64,000 bases of DNA from a bacterium (GCA_031441465.1 JANOEP010000066.1:64001-128000); one strand, 5' to 3'; shown: positions 51,293 to 61,989, counted from the first letter of the stretch. Notes: a model not told the origin generated them from the sequence alone. Program-made: numbers and translations.

Positions 51293-53908
51293 ATGTTGGG
51301 ACCATTTAGGCTCCTGTTCGCAATCGTTTGGGGAAACCGGTCCACCTGCCGCGAGATGCCGCGACGAGCATTGCCGGCACGATGGCGTGTGTGCGTGGTA
51401 TCCGTTGCGACGATCCTGGGGGTATCGACCTTGCCGGGATCGGCACTGTCGGGTTGTTTCGAGTATGGCGCCACACCTCGAAGGATCGGTGTCTTTGATG
51501 TTGACATGAATCAGCGCGACATCGCCGTAGGCGGCAACTATACATATGTGGCTGACTCACAGATCGGGATCAGGATCTACGATATCAGCGACGGCCATGC
51601 GCCTCAACTCGTCAATACCTGGAATATGGTGATGTCTCCTGAGACCATCTCGGTGGACGGTGGCTATCTATACATCGGTGGTTCGACATCCGATATTTAC
51701 ATTGCCAACATCGTGGATCCGGTCAACCCCAGTATAGTCGGTAGCATGGTCGGTCCAGGTGGCGGATTCACGGTATCGCAGGGGTATATGTTTTTTTACG
51801 CAGGGGATGGAGGTCTATTGATCATCGACGCAACAGATCCCACAAACCCCAAGATAGCAAGCCGTGTGGACCTGTCGTACGGCTGTATGGGCATTGCTGC
51901 TGATTACCCGTATGTCTGTGTCATGGACGGTTTCTGGTACATTAATGTCATCGATATTCATGATCCCTATAATCCAGTCACCACTTCATCTGTTGACTTG
52001 TATCAAACATGCCTCAGCTTTGATGTTCTAGGTGATCATTTATTCATAATGGAGGATAGAATCCTCAAGCGTTACAATATTTCCGATCCGTACCACCCGA
52101 GCTACAGTGGCAATGTCGATTTGTCTGTGCGAGCAAACAATGTATTGGCATACAGTTACGATAGGGCAATAGTATCTTATGGCGCGAGTTTTGGCACGTA
52201 TGGCAGTATCTGGTCGATCAATTTTTCCAATGCCGCGCCATTCATGGTCGATTGGAAGATCCCCATGGCCATGCCGGCTCTTGTCGTGCAGGCTGATAGC
52301 TCGCGAGCGGTTGTACAGGAATATTCGTCGCACATGGCGGCGGATAGATGGAGGTCGCAAATCGCCATCGTCGACATCGACGATGATGTTGTCTCGCCGC
52401 GCCCGGGAACCGACTACATCTCGTGGACGATACGTGCAGACTTGGCGGTGAATGGATCTTCTGCATATGTAAATCTCGGATTTGGAATCGGATTAGTCGA
52501 TGTGACTGATGCCCTCGCTCCTTTCTACGTCAGCTATATCGGCATGCCGGAGTTGTCTGCACTGGCCGTGGATGGGGCGCTGATTTATGCCGCGTGCGCA
52601 GACAGTCGGTTGTATGCGATCGATGCAGGCAGTTTCCAGGAGCCAGTAGTATTGGGCAGCATCGACCTCCCTGGCGTGCCGACTGGATTGTCAGCCGAGT
52701 GCGGTGCCGTTTATGTCGCATGTGGCGGCGACGTCACCGTCGTGGATGTTGCAGATCCGGGGGCGATGGCGGTGACTGGTACTGTGGTGACGCCCGGTGT
52801 GGCGGCCACTCTTGTAGCAGTCGGTAGTTATGCATATGTGGCGGACGGTGCGGCGGGCTTGCAAATCATTGATGCGTCCGTACCTCAACATCCAGAAATC
52901 ATCGGCCAGGTGGCGGCCCTTGGTATTGCGAACAAAGTCGCAGTAGCGGATTCTTGCGCGTATGTTGCAAACGGCAGAGATGGGTTGCAGATCATCAATA
53001 TCGCCGACCCGCTCGATCCGTATCAAACTGGAGTGTTTGTCGAATTTACAAATGTCGCCGATATTGCTGTTTCTGATGAATATGCATACTTGGCGTGTGG
53101 CGAACATGGAGTGTACGTAGTCGACGTAACGGACCCATTGGAGCCCAAGTTCACGGGAAGAGCATGGACGCAGGGCGATGCAGTGGGGATTGTGGTTGCC
53201 AATGACGTCGTGTATTACATCGATTCTGGCGGATATATCAATATTATACCGAGGCAATGCAGCGGCAGCGTGCCGGTGATGATGGCGGCATTCATGGCTG
53301 AAGAGATCGACGGCGGATGCGGCCTAGACGACGGGTATGCGGGCGATGCTGCACAGACAAGACAGATCCGTGTGACTTGGCGGTTCGAGGAGCCTCTGGC
53401 AAGTAGCCGCCTCAGGCTCGAGGCTGAAGCAGATGACGCAACGTGGAGCATTGCACTGGGTGCGCCATCTGATAACAGTTTACTGTGCGAGTTCTTTGTT
53501 GATGACTGTGTGCCCATGACAATGAGTGGAAGATCAATTGTCTATCGTCTCCAATACTTCCGGAATGCCGGCGGTTGGGAGGAATTGGGAGAGACGTCGG
53601 TCGAATTGCTTGATCTGGCCATGCCCGGCGCCAGGGTGCCTGCATTGTCTGTCTGTCCGAACCCCTTCAACCCGAGCACGCAGGTGTCGTACGAGATGGC
53701 GCGCCCCGGGACTGCGCGGGTGACGGTCCACGCACTGACCGGCGCGCTGGTGCGGGTGCTGGCGGACGGGCCGCAGACCGCGGGAGCGCACTTCGCGACG
53801 TGGGACGGCCGGGATGGGCGGGGGCGCGAGATGCCGGCAGGCGGGTACGTGGTGCGGATCGCGACGGAGGCGGGGACCGGGGCGGTCAAGGCGGTGCTGG
53901 TGAGGTAA
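51293..53908 (+). CDS. LVIVD-repeat beta-propeller surface protein with FlgD-Ig C-terminal domain (AT-richer body)
   Basis: YAYVADG..GLQII-D repeats; PNPFNP C-terminal domain; start uncertain. Confidence 0.82.
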   Translation: MLGPFRLLFAIVWGNRSTCREMPRRALPARWRVCVVSVATILGVSTLPGSALSGCFEYGATPRRIGVFDVDMNQRDIAVGGNYTYVADSQIGIRIYDISDGHAPQLVNTWNMVMSPETISVDGGYLYIGGSTSDIYIANIVDPVNPSIVGSMVGPGGGFTVSQGYMFFYAGDGGLLIIDATDPTNPKIASRVDLSYGCMGIAADYPYVCVMDGFWYINVIDIHDPYNPVTTSSVDLYQTCLSFDVLGDHLFIMEDRILKRYNISDPYHPSYSGNVDLSVRANNVLAYSYDRAIVSYGASFGTYGSIWSINFSNAAPFMVDWKIPMAMPALVVQADSSRAVVQEYSSHMAADRWRSQIAIVDIDDDVVSPRPGTDYISWTIRADLAVNGSSAYVNLGFGIGLVDVTDALAPFYVSYIGMPELSALAVDGALIYAACADSRLYAIDAGSFQEPVVLGSIDLPGVPTGLSAECGAVYVACGGDVTVVDVADPGAMAVTGTVVTPGVAATLVAVGSYAYVADGAAGLQIIDASVPQHPEIIGQVAALGIANKVAVADSCAYVANGRDGLQIINIADPLDPYQTGVFVEFTNVADIAVSDEYAYLACGEHGVYVVDVTDPLEPKFTGRAWTQGDAVGIVVANDVVYYIDSGGYINIIPRQCSGSVPVMMAAFMAEEIDGGCGLDDGYAGDAAQTRQIRVTWRFEEPLASSRLRLEAEADDATWSIALGAPSDNSLLCEFFVDDCVPMTMSGRSIVYRLQYFRNAGGWEELGETSVELLDLAMPGARVPALSVCPNPFNPSTQVSYEMARPGTARVTVHALTGALVRVLADGPQTAGAHFATWDGRDGRGREMPAGGYVVRIATEAGTGAVKAVLVR
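53657..53908 (+). repeat. 252-bp C-terminal cassette, copy 1 (others at 56441-56692 and 59104-59355)
   Basis: Near-identical DNA encoding PNPFNPSTQVSYE...AVK-x-VLVR. Confidence 0.9.
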
Positions 53909-54100
53909 CGGTACCTCCATCGCGCTGATTCCAGATCATTCTCTTTCGCACCGACTCCCGCTCTGCTAGAATGTCGCCATCTCTCGTGCACAAACCCGAC
54001 GGAGGGTGAGCCTCATCATCTGGCTATCGACCGGGGATCCTATCCCAAGTCAAATGTGATGTGCCGATGACCGTGACCCTTTGCACGAGGGGGCCGGACC

Positions 54101-56692
54101 ATGCCGAAGACTCGCCACCGTTCCGACTCGGAGCATGCCAGCCCGAGGACCTCCGCCACCAAAACACCGCTGCGGGAGACGACGCTGCGGCGACGCGCCG
54201 GGCTGGCCGCCGCGTCCCTCGCCTTGGCGTGCGTGTGCGCGTCCGGATCGGCGGCGACCGCCTGCACCGATTACCGGGACCACATCCGCGGCGTCAGCAG
54301 AGTCGACACGCCGGGACTGGCCTACGACGTGGCGGTCTCCGGCCTCTACGTCTACGTCGCGGACTGGTTGGCCGGCTTGCAGGTGATCGATGTCTCGTTC
54401 CCGTACTACGCCCAGATCGTGGGCGGCATCGACACGCCGGGTCACGCCATGGACGTCGTCATCGTGGGGGATCTCGCCTACGTCGCGAATTACGAGCTCG
54501 GCCTGCAGGTGATCGACGTCTCGGATCCGCGACACCCCTGGCTCAAGGGCAGCGTGGACACGCCGGGGCACGCCTGGCAGACGGCCGTGTCGGGCGACCG
54601 CGCCTATGTCGCGGACGATCTGTTCGGCCTCCACGTGATCGACATCACGGACCCGGCGCACCCGCAGCTCCTGGGCAGCGTGGACACGCCGGGGCACGCC
54701 TGGGGGGTGGCCGTCGCGGGGCCTTACGCCTACGTCGCGGACGAGAATTTCGGTGTGCAGGTGGTCGACGTCACGGACCCCGCGAGTCCGCAGATCGTCG
54801 CCTGCCTGGACACGCCCGGCCAAGCCCGAGAAGTGGTCATCGCGGGCGCCAAGGCCTACGTCGCGGACGGCGACGCGGGCCTGCAGGTGTGCGACCTCTC
54901 GGACCCCGCCGACCCGCAGATCGTCAGCGGCGTCGACCGCTTCGGCTACTGCCACGGCGTCGTCTTGACGGGAACCACGGCTCACGTCGTGTTCGATTCC
55001 TACGTGTGCACGATCGACCTGTCCGACCCCCTGGCACCCGTCGTCGAGGACGGCCAGGGGATCGCCAGCGGCGCCACCAGCATCGCTGTTTCCTGGCCCT
55101 ACGCCTTCGTGGCGAACGGCAGTTCCGGGGTGTTGGCGTTGGACGTTTCGGTCCCCGGGATCATCGGGAGCGTCGAGGCGCCGGGAGAGGCCGCAGCCGT
55201 CGCGGTATCGGGCGTCCACGCCTACGTGGCGGCCAGGGATGCCGGACTGCAGGTGTTCGATGTCGCGGATCCCTACCATCCCTTGGTCGTGACCGGTCTG
55301 GACACCCCGGGATACGCGGGCGACGTGGCGATCTCGGGCACCTGCCTGCTCGTCGCGGACGGGGATGCGGGGCTGCAGGTGGTCGACATCGCGGATCCGG
55401 GTAACCCCGTGATCGTCGGCACGCTGGAGACGCCCGGATTCGTCGGCGGCGTGGCGGTCGAGGGGACGATCGGCTACGTCGCGGCCGGGACGATCGGGTT
55501 GCTGGTGGTCGATCTCGCCGACCGCGAGCACCCGGCGGTCCTGGGCAGCGTGAACACGCCCGGTTTCGCCCTGGACGTCTGCGTCGGGCGGGGCTGCGCC
55601 TACGTCGCGGACAGGAATACGGGCGTGCAGATCGTCGATGTCGCGAACCCGTCGCAACCCGTCCTGCACGGCAACCTCGACACGCTCGGCGACGCCGAGG
55701 GCCTCGCGCTGGACGCGCGCTACTGGTACGGCCGCCTCTTCATCGCCGAAGGGGATTCCGGTCTCCAGGTCTACGACGTGTCGTCCCCGCTCTATCCCTG
55801 GCTCGTCGACAGCGGCACGACTCCCGGCCCCGCCCGCCGGATCGCGATCACGTACAACCACGCCTACGTCGCTCTCGAAGACCATGGTCTCTACGTCATG
55901 GAACGATCCTCGGGCGGCCCGTTCGCGGTCGAGCAGGTCAACGTGCCGGGACTGGTCCGCGGCGTCGCGGTCTCGGGATCCTTCGTCCTGATCGCTGCCG
56001 GGCCCGCCGGGTTGGCCGTGATGCCGGTCCAGTGCGACCTGAGCGTCCCTAACCTGCTCGCTTCGTTCAACGCGGCGGTGGCCGCGGCGTCGCCGCCATC
56101 GCCTGCGGCGCCCGGGCTGCCGGGCGCGCCGCTGCAGCGGCCGCGGGCCGTCGATCTGACCTGGTCGCTCACCGCCCCCCCGGCGCCCGGGTCCCTGCGC
56201 CTCGCCGCCGAATGCGCCGGCGCGGGTTGGGACATCCCCTTCCTGCCGGACCCCCAGGGCGCCGCCGGGATGAGCTACGTGGCCCGCGATGACTCCCCCC
56301 TGCTCGCAGGCGTGCCGCGGGCACGCTACACGCTGCTGCACGCCGTGACCCCCGGCGCCTGGACGGCGCTGGGCGACGTGACGGTCGTGTTCGGGACTTC
56401 CGAGACGCCCGGCGCGGCCGTGCCGCAACTCCACGTGTACCCGAATCCCTTCAACCCGAGCACGCAGGTGTCGTACGAGCTGACGCGGCCCGGCGTGGCG
56501 CGGGTGACGGTCCACGCGCTGACCGGCGCGTTGGTGCGGGTGCTGGCGGACGGGCCGCAGGCCGCGGGAGCGCACTTCGCGACGTGGGACGGCCGGGACG
56601 GGCGGGGGCGCGAGATGCCGGCCGGCGGGTACGTGGTGCGGATCGCGACGGAGGCGGGGACGGGGGCGGTGAAGGCAGTGCTGGTGCGTTGA
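54101..56692 (+). CDS. LVIVD-repeat beta-propeller surface protein with FlgD-Ig C-terminal domain
   Basis: About 42-aa repeats DTPG-x-A...AYVAD...GLQVID; PNPFNP domain. Confidence 0.88.
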   Translation: MPKTRHRSDSEHASPRTSATKTPLRETTLRRRAGLAAASLALACVCASGSAATACTDYRDHIRGVSRVDTPGLAYDVAVSGLYVYVADWLAGLQVIDVSFPYYAQIVGGIDTPGHAMDVVIVGDLAYVANYELGLQVIDVSDPRHPWLKGSVDTPGHAWQTAVSGDRAYVADDLFGLHVIDITDPAHPQLLGSVDTPGHAWGVAVAGPYAYVADENFGVQVVDVTDPASPQIVACLDTPGQAREVVIAGAKAYVADGDAGLQVCDLSDPADPQIVSGVDRFGYCHGVVLTGTTAHVVFDSYVCTIDLSDPLAPVVEDGQGIASGATSIAVSWPYAFVANGSSGVLALDVSVPGIIGSVEAPGEAAAVAVSGVHAYVAARDAGLQVFDVADPYHPLVVTGLDTPGYAGDVAISGTCLLVADGDAGLQVVDIADPGNPVIVGTLETPGFVGGVAVEGTIGYVAAGTIGLLVVDLADREHPAVLGSVNTPGFALDVCVGRGCAYVADRNTGVQIVDVANPSQPVLHGNLDTLGDAEGLALDARYWYGRLFIAEGDSGLQVYDVSSPLYPWLVDSGTTPGPARRIAITYNHAYVALEDHGLYVMERSSGGPFAVEQVNVPGLVRGVAVSGSFVLIAAGPAGLAVMPVQCDLSVPNLLASFNAAVAAASPPSPAAPGLPGAPLQRPRAVDLTWSLTAPPAPGSLRLAAECAGAGWDIPFLPDPQGAAGMSYVARDDSPLLAGVPRARYTLLHAVTPGAWTALGDVTVVFGTSETPGAAVPQLHVYPNPFNPSTQVSYELTRPGVARVTVHALTGALVRVLADGPQAAGAHFATWDGRDGRGREMPAGGYVVRIATEAGTGAVKAVLVR
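56441..56692 (+). repeat. 252-bp C-terminal cassette, copy 2
   Basis: Near-identical to copies 1 and 3; similarity to copy 3 extends about 300 bp further upstream. Confidence 0.9.
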
Positions 56693-56760
56693 ACGACGTC
56701 GCATTGCAGGTATGACGACGCGTGGTGCAGATCGTTGTCACGAATCGAGGAGGCCCGGCC

Positions 56761-59355
56761 ATGACAGGATGCCCGTCGAGTCCGTTTCATTGGCACGTCC
56801 TGGCGCGGGCCAGGCGCCCGATCGCGCCGCTGCGCGGGAGGCCGGTGTGTGGCCTCGGTCTGGTGGTCGTGATCCTCTCGCTGGCCTCCAGCCTGTACGG
56901 GGTCGATTGGTGGTACTGTTTCAACTACTACGGTTACTTGAAATGGGTGGGTAGGCTCGACACGCCTGGCAACGCCAGCGACATCGAAATCGCCGGCGGT
57001 CACGCCTACGTCGCCGATTTGTTTTCGGGACTGCAGATCGTCGATATCACCGGACCGGAGCCGCCCCAGATCGTCAGCAGCATTCCGATCACCAACGGCG
57101 CGATGGGCGTCGCCGTCGAGGGCGACCACGCCTTCGTCGTGGACGCCGCCGCACGTCTGCATGTCGTCGACGTTACGGACCCCGCGGAACCTGAGGTCGT
57201 CAGCAGCGTGGACGTGGAGGGATCTGCGTACGGCGTGGTCATCGCCGGTCACTACGCCTACATGGCCGCCGGTTACGCCGGAGTCCAGATCATCGACATC
57301 ACGGACGTGAGCGACCCGCGGCTGGTCGCGACCGTCAACACCCCCGTCTCCGCGATGGGCGTGACCATCTCGGGATCGTACATCTACGTTGCTGACGGCA
57401 CTTCCGGCCTGCAGGTGATCGACATCACGGATCCGGCCACGGCGCAGATCGTGGGCGGGCTGAACACGCCGGGAGAAGCTCTCAACACGGAGATCGTCGG
57501 CGCTTATGCCTACATCGCGGATTCCGGTACCGGATTGGTGGTGGCGGACATCACGATCCCCCAATCGCCGGTGATCGTCGCTGTGGTGCCCATGCCGGGG
57601 AATGCCCGGGATATGGTGTTGTCGCCAGCATTCCTCTACGTCGGGGACTCGACGGGCCTGCATCTGGTCGACGTCACGGCACCCGGGTCTCCCGAACTCG
57701 TCGACAGCTACGGGCTCACTGATGACGTCACGAGCGTGGCCGTGGTGGGCGATCTCGTCTTCGCCGCCGTCGATGTGCGTGGGATCGAGATCATCGAGAC
57801 GACGGATCCGGTCCCCTCGGCCAGCTTGGACCTGCCGGGAACCGCCGCTGGCGTATCCGTCCAGGGCGATTACACATACCTCGCGTGCGGCGATGCCGGA
57901 TTGTGCGTGGTCGATGTCTCGAACTATCTGGATCCCCGGTTGGTAGGCACCGGGATCGTGCCGGGGAATGCCGTCGATGTGGCAGTCGTGGGGCCGTACG
58001 CCTACGTCGCCGCCAGCGAGTCCGGCCTCCAGGTGGTCGATGTCTCCGACCCCGCGAGTCCACAGCACGTCGGCGGTGTGGACACGCCGGGTTCGGCGTG
58101 TGCGGTCGCGATCGCCGGCACCATCGCCCATGTCGCGGACGGCGTCGGCGGTCTGCTTCTGGTCGACGTTGCGGACCCTGTTCATCCCGCCATCGTCGGC
58201 GGCGTGGACACGCCGGGCAGCGCCCAAGGTGTATACGTGTTGAATTCCCGAAACAAGACTTACGTCGCCGATGGTGTGTCGGGCGTGCAGGTCGTCGATA
58301 TCGTGGATCCCGGAAACCCCGTGATCGTGGATGTCATCGAGACGCTGGACGACGCCGTCGGCATCACCTTCACGTCGACTCACGGCATCCTCGGCTATCT
58401 CTACGTGGCTGAAGGCGTCGGCGGCATCCAGGTATTCCGCGTCATGGCCGACGGCCAGGTGACACCTCAGGCCATCGGTGGACTGGCCTCGCCGGGCGGT
58501 GCCCGGAACCTGTGCATCTCCGGACCCTACGGCTACATCGCCGAGGGTCCGGCCGGGATCCAGGTGTGCCAGTATTACCAGCAAGGTCTGCAATCCGTTC
58601 GCCTCGTCGATGAAATCGCCGAAGCGCTGGATGTGATCGCGAACAATAGGAACGTCTATGTCGCGTGCGGCACCGCCGGATTGACTGTTCTGCCGCAACA
58701 ATGCTCTGGAGAGGGAGTGCCGGTCGTGCTGTCCACATTCACCGCCGCCGTGAGCGAACCCGATGCGGGGGACTCCGAGGTCCAGGGCGCACCGCCACGA
58801 CGGCCCCGGGCCGTCGATCTGGCGTGGTCGCTAGCGGAGCCGATCGATGCGATATCCTTGCGGCTGAGCGCCGAGTCGGCCGGCGATAGCTGGGACGTCT
58901 CCTTCCTGCCGGGCCCCCTCGGCGCACCCGACATGAGCTATGTCGCCCGTGACGATTCCCCCTTGCTGGCGGGGGCGCCTTCGGTCCGCTACACGCTGCT
59001 GCACGCCGCGTCTCCCGGCGCCTGGGCGGCGCTGGGCGACGTGACGGTCGTGTTCGGGTCCTCGTCGACGCCCGGCGCGCTCGTGCCGCAGCTCCACGTG
59101 TACCCGAACCCCTTCAACCCGAGCACGCAGGTGTCGTACGAGATGGCGCGGCCCGGGACGGCGCGGGTGACAGTCCACGCGCTGACCGGCGCGCTGGTGC
59201 GGGTGCTGGCGGACGGGCCGCAGGCCGCGGGGGTTCACTACGCGGTGTGGGATGGCCGGGACGAGCGCGGGCGCGAGATGTCGGCCGGCGGGTACGTGGT
59301 GCGGATCGCGACGGAGGCGGGGACGGGGGCGGTCAAGGTGGTGCTGGTGCGCTGA
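56761..59355 (+). CDS. LVIVD-repeat beta-propeller surface protein with FlgD-Ig C-terminal domain
   Basis: GAGGAGG RBS before ATG 56761; same repeats and C-terminal domain. Confidence 0.86.
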   Translation: MTGCPSSPFHWHVLARARRPIAPLRGRPVCGLGLVVVILSLASSLYGVDWWYCFNYYGYLKWVGRLDTPGNASDIEIAGGHAYVADLFSGLQIVDITGPEPPQIVSSIPITNGAMGVAVEGDHAFVVDAAARLHVVDVTDPAEPEVVSSVDVEGSAYGVVIAGHYAYMAAGYAGVQIIDITDVSDPRLVATVNTPVSAMGVTISGSYIYVADGTSGLQVIDITDPATAQIVGGLNTPGEALNTEIVGAYAYIADSGTGLVVADITIPQSPVIVAVVPMPGNARDMVLSPAFLYVGDSTGLHLVDVTAPGSPELVDSYGLTDDVTSVAVVGDLVFAAVDVRGIEIIETTDPVPSASLDLPGTAAGVSVQGDYTYLACGDAGLCVVDVSNYLDPRLVGTGIVPGNAVDVAVVGPYAYVAASESGLQVVDVSDPASPQHVGGVDTPGSACAVAIAGTIAHVADGVGGLLLVDVADPVHPAIVGGVDTPGSAQGVYVLNSRNKTYVADGVSGVQVVDIVDPGNPVIVDVIETLDDAVGITFTSTHGILGYLYVAEGVGGIQVFRVMADGQVTPQAIGGLASPGGARNLCISGPYGYIAEGPAGIQVCQYYQQGLQSVRLVDEIAEALDVIANNRNVYVACGTAGLTVLPQQCSGEGVPVVLSTFTAAVSEPDAGDSEVQGAPPRRPRAVDLAWSLAEPIDAISLRLSAESAGDSWDVSFLPGPLGAPDMSYVARDDSPLLAGAPSVRYTLLHAASPGAWAALGDVTVVFGSSSTPGALVPQLHVYPNPFNPSTQVSYEMARPGTARVTVHALTGALVRVLADGPQAAGVHYAVWDGRDERGREMSAGGYVVRIATEAGTGAVKVVLVR
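59104..59355 (+). repeat. 252-bp C-terminal cassette, copy 3
   Basis: Near-identical to copies 1 and 2. Confidence 0.9.
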
Positions 59356-59589
59356 AGCGGTCCGGTCCTGTTCCCAGCTCGTCTGGCTCGCCAGGCCTCC
59401 GATTCCGGGCGAAGTCTTTCGCCGGTGGTGACGTTTCCGTATCATTTCTATGATTATGACAGTCGAGTATCGATCCGATATGCAGTTCCAGGGTATCGCC
59501 CGCCAGGGTGCGGCATCACGAAGGGAGCGTCGACGTCCTGACGGATCCGCTCCGGCAGTTCGTCGGCGACACGGACACATCCACCTTCA

Positions 59590-61956
59590 ATGCCAAGGAT
59601 GATCACGATGAAGACCCGATCGGCACCAGGGAAAGTTCCGGAGATCCGGCTGCTGCTCGTGCTCGCGACTGCGCTGGTCGCCGCGCTCGCCGGCTTCACG
59701 ACCAGCGCCGGAGCCACCGGCGAGATCCTCAGTTGGGGCGGGACGGTCGTCGTCGCCCAGGATGCCTTGACTAACCTGTCGGCGGTGTCGGCGGGCGAGG
59801 GGCATAGCCTGGGTCTGAAGACCGACGGGTCGATCGTCGCCTGGGGACGCAACAACTTCGGCCAATGCACCGTGCCGGCGCCCAACGCGGGGTTCGCGGC
59901 GGTGGCGGCCGGCGGCGAGTACAGCCTGGGCCTGAAAGCCGACGGCTCCGTCGTGGTGTGGGGATCCAGCCAGGACGGTCTTCATGACGTGCCCGCGCCG
60001 AACCTGGGATTCACGGCCGTGTCGGCCGGGATCTACCATGCGCTGGGCCTGAAGGCCGATCAGACCGTCGTGGCGTGGGGCTACAACCTTGCGCCGGGCG
60101 GCGATCCCGGCGGCCAGTGCGACGTGCCGTCTCCGAATCAGGATTTCACGGCGGTCGCCGCCGGCGGATTCCACAGCGTGGGCCTGAAGTCCGACGGGTC
60201 CGTCGTCTGTTGGGGTAACAACCGGAGCGGCCAGTGCGACGTGCCTGCGCCGAACACGGGCTTCACGGCGATCGCGGCGGGCATGGACCACAGCATGGGT
60301 CTGAAGGCCAACGGTTCCATCGTCGTGTGGGGCGACAACAGTATGGGCCAGTGGAACGTGCCGGCGCCGAACTCCGGGTTCATGGCCCTGGCGGCGAGCA
60401 GGTACGGCAGCACGGGTCTGCGGCCCAACGGCACGATCGTCGCCTGGGGCGACGACTGGGGGATGGGCCCCGCCGTGCCGTACCCGAATGCGGACTTCAC
60501 GATGATCGCGACGGGATCCATGCACAAGCTGGCCCTGAAGTCCGACGGGACCGCCGTCGCCTGGGGCTCGAACGTGTTCGCCCAGTGCAACCTGCGCCCG
60601 GCGAGCCTCGGCTGCACGGAACTGGCTGCGGGGACGATGCACTGGCTGGGCCTCAAATCGAACGGATCCATCGTCGGCTGGGGTGCGAATTCCAGCGGCC
60701 AGGCCACGGCGCCCACGGTGAACACGGGTTTCACGGCGCTAGGGGCGGGACGATACCACAGCCTGGCTCTGAAGACCGATGGTTCGATCGTCGCCTGGGG
60801 TGGCAACTTCAACGACGATCTCGAATACACCGGCCAGTGCAACGTGCCGGCGCCGAACGCGGGGTTCGTGGCGATCGCCGGGGGCGGCTATTTCAGTTTG
60901 GGCGTGAAGGACGACGGCTCCGTCGTCGCATGGGGTGACAACCGGCTCGGCCAGTGCGACGTGCCGGCGCCGAACGCCGGGTTCGCGGCGGTCGCGGCGA
61001 GCGACCGTCACAGCCTAGGCCTGATGCTCGACGGCTCCGTCGTCGCCTGGGGGGACAACCTGCACGAACAGTGCAACGTCCCCGGATCGAACTCGGGCTT
61101 CACGGCGATCGCGGCGGGCGGCGACCACAGCCTGGGGTTGAAGGTCGACGGCTCCATCGTCGCTTGGGGAGACAACCAGTTCGGCCAGTGCGAGGTCCCC
61201 GCGCCGAACGCGGACTTCATCGCGGTGGCGGCGGGCGACATCCACAGCCTGGGCCTGAAATCCGACGGGTCGATCTTCGCGTGGGGGAGCCACGGATCCG
61301 GTCGGTGCGACGTGCCCGCGCCTAACGCGGGTTTCACGGCGATCGCGGCGCGTGGCGACGTCAGCCTGGGGATCCGCAGCCTCGTGCCGCAATCCGTCCA
61401 GCTGACCCGGTTTGACGTCGAGCGCCGCGGCGGCCGGGCGACGGTCCGCTGGGCGATGTCCCGGCCGCTCGACCACGCCGGCTTCCATCTCTGGCGGCAG
61501 GAGCCCGGCAGCGACCGTGTTCGTCTGAGCCAGATGCTGTTGATCGGTGAGAACACCTACGACTTCATCGACCGGTCACCGCCGAGGGGAAAGGCGGAAT
61601 ATTGGCTGCAGGAAGTGACGACCGACGGTTCGGAGAACTGGTACGGCCCCGCGCTCCTGGAGGCAGCCCCGATTCCGACTTCCTTGCATTTGGCCCAGAA
61701 TCGTCCCAACCCTTTCAATCCAAGCACATCGTTCAACTTCGAGCTCCCAAAACCTGGCCGCGCCGTACTGGTGATCTACGACGTGCGGGGCGCACGTGTC
61801 GCAACATTGGTCGATGCCGGCGTGTCCGCCGGTGAGCAAAGCATGGAATGGGGCGGCCTCGATGACGGCGGTGTCCCGATGCCTTCGGGGATCTACTTCG
61901 CGCGGCTGGAGGCGGAGGATGGTATTCGGACGATCAAGGTGACTCTGGCGCGATAA
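59590..61956 (+). CDS. RCC1/BLIP-II-like repeat protein with FlgD-Ig C-terminal domain
   Basis: 13 full HS-x-GLK-x-DGS-x-V-x-WG repeats plus a split 14th; signal peptide; QNRPNPFNP C-terminus. Confidence 0.88.
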   Translation: MPRMITMKTRSAPGKVPEIRLLLVLATALVAALAGFTTSAGATGEILSWGGTVVVAQDALTNLSAVSAGEGHSLGLKTDGSIVAWGRNNFGQCTVPAPNAGFAAVAAGGEYSLGLKADGSVVVWGSSQDGLHDVPAPNLGFTAVSAGIYHALGLKADQTVVAWGYNLAPGGDPGGQCDVPSPNQDFTAVAAGGFHSVGLKSDGSVVCWGNNRSGQCDVPAPNTGFTAIAAGMDHSMGLKANGSIVVWGDNSMGQWNVPAPNSGFMALAASRYGSTGLRPNGTIVAWGDDWGMGPAVPYPNADFTMIATGSMHKLALKSDGTAVAWGSNVFAQCNLRPASLGCTELAAGTMHWLGLKSNGSIVGWGANSSGQATAPTVNTGFTALGAGRYHSLALKTDGSIVAWGGNFNDDLEYTGQCNVPAPNAGFVAIAGGGYFSLGVKDDGSVVAWGDNRLGQCDVPAPNAGFAAVAASDRHSLGLMLDGSVVAWGDNLHEQCNVPGSNSGFTAIAAGGDHSLGLKVDGSIVAWGDNQFGQCEVPAPNADFIAVAAGDIHSLGLKSDGSIFAWGSHGSGRCDVPAPNAGFTAIAARGDVSLGIRSLVPQSVQLTRFDVERRGGRATVRWAMSRPLDHAGFHLWRQEPGSDRVRLSQMLLIGENTYDFIDRSPPRGKAEYWLQEVTTDGSENWYGPALLEAAPIPTSLHLAQNRPNPFNPSTSFNFELPKPGRAVLVIYDVRGARVATLVDAGVSAGEQSMEWGGLDDGGVPMPSGIYFARLEAEDGIRTIKVTLAR

Positions 61957-61989
61957 ACGGCTTGTCGTTCCAGCTGGATGCACCCACGT

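Noticed and set aside
53657..59355. Diversity-generating retroelement (TR/VR) behind the C-terminal repeats
   Set aside because: No reverse transcriptase; all copies are coding; differences are not confined to adenines
59780..61380. CRISPR-like periodic DNA repeats
   Set aside because: The periodicity is degenerate coding repeats (RCC1-like, and LVIVD upstream); no identical repeats with unique spacers and no cas genes
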